Assembly (NCBI GenBank): GCA_002104905.1
Contig: MCFE01000397.1
Coordinates: forward strand, 1-64,000
Direction of reading: 5' to 3'
Length of the DNA: 64,000 nucleotides
From: Basidiobolus meristosporus CBS 931.73
Taxonomy: Eukaryota; Fungi; Basidiobolomycota
The notes below the pieces were generated by a model. It was not told where the DNA came from. It saw nothing but the letters and a program-made list of their open reading frames with translations, and searched no databases. Below, piece after piece: positions 63,335 through 64,000 of this stretch (positions are counted from its first letter, which is position 1; each line of letters starts with the position of its first letter). The translations under genes were made by a program, and so were the position numbers.

Positions 63335-63737
63335 TATGGTCTCAAACAATCACCAAGTGCCTGAAATTGAAAGATAGATTCATATGTACATACTGCTGAC
63401 TGCAGTATATATTGCAAAAACTTGTAATTCCACCCAAGTATTCAGCTAGATTAGTCACTTAGAGCATTACCTCCAAACTGTAGGGAGTACTGACAAAAAT
63501 GCTTGTTAGAACTTACTTAGAATATTTTCAGTAAAATATCAGGTACCCAGAACAGGAAGATTCTTAAGGTTGTTCAAACAACCCCAAGCTTTGCACACAT
63601 GTTACTGGGACCTTTCTAAATCTATTTTATGGGCTTGTTATGCCAATACCATGTGAAAGTATAAGTACTACTTTTACATTCAATAAATCATTAAGTCAAA
63701 ACCACATAATCCACTTGTCCTCCCAATTACTTCCAAT

Positions 63738-64000
63738 AGACTTGTTCCATTGGATAGTGCCACATTGAGCCATGAGTGCCAAATGATGCCATAGTGTGCC
63801 AGAGAGGCCAAGTGAGCCTATACTTGGCCACAGAGTGTGAAACATAGCTCTGCATCTTCATGTAAAACAGCCCCTGTGTTTCACCCATTGCACAGGAGAA
63901 AATCCATTTTTTGACCTTTTTTTGTGGATCAATGTAGCTCAGGATGTGTAAGAGCACAAGAGAACTGAAGATATGTATCTGGTACCCAATACCCATGGCA
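63738..64000 (+). mobile_element. Left end of another PHIS-family element, running off the window
   Basis: AAT|AGACTTGTTCCAT followed by GTGCCA/ATGCCA repeats; inserted into a copia-B LTR. Confidence 0.75.

Larger units (their letters stand above)
44370..63737 (+). mobile_element. Copia-B host copy split by nested insertions (own pieces 44370-44502, 56412-56801, 57150-57971, 63335-63737)
   Basis: The pieces rejoin in frame-colinear order (IN SDN|GGEF, C-terminal IN, RT KKSL|YGLKQSP) and end in a partial copia-B LTR about 63490-63737. Confidence 0.8.

Noticed and set aside
1-64000. env-like ORFs, host protein genes, tRNA or rRNA genes; naming the host species
   Set aside because: No space or ORF for env between IN and the 3' LTR in any Gypsy copy; no host gene or RNA gene recognised; the sequence supports only a probable fungal origin.

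Overview
This is a eukaryotic transposon nest, most likely fungal (inferred from a fungal-type tRNA-iMet primer site and fungal-type CMC and chromovirus proteins). I found no recognisable host gene. Almost the whole 64 kb resolves into nested, partly decayed mobile elements. (1) Copia family A has 369-bp LTRs: one full-length copy with a single intact 1305-aa gag-pol ORF (33463-38148, TSD CTTTC), an older decayed full-length copy (12111-16794), a solo LTR (20417-20785) and a truncated copy. (2) Copia family B has about 349-bp LTRs and occurs as many decayed pieces, three of them inserted antisense into their own family. (3) Ty3/Gypsy family G1 has about 375-bp LTRs and no chromodomain. (4) Two chromovirus copies (G2: 48639-54539 and 57972-63334) carry a conserved -1 frameshift signal and a Tf1-like self-priming structure in place of a tRNA primer site. 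(5) A CMC/CACTA-type DNA transposon has CCCTA...TAGGG ends, an apparent 4-bp TSD and a divergently transcribed unknown second gene; the best copy is 44718-56411, with several other copies and fragments. (6) A PHIS/DDE_Tnp_4 transposon and its 211-bp MITE share the TIR AGACTTGTTCC(AT) and AWT targets. CpG is strongly depleted, and copy-to-copy differences are dominated by CG>TG/CA changes. Coordinates of TSD-bounded elements were indexed by hand from the sequence; fragment boundaries are approximate (tens of bp), and identity figures are by-eye counts.
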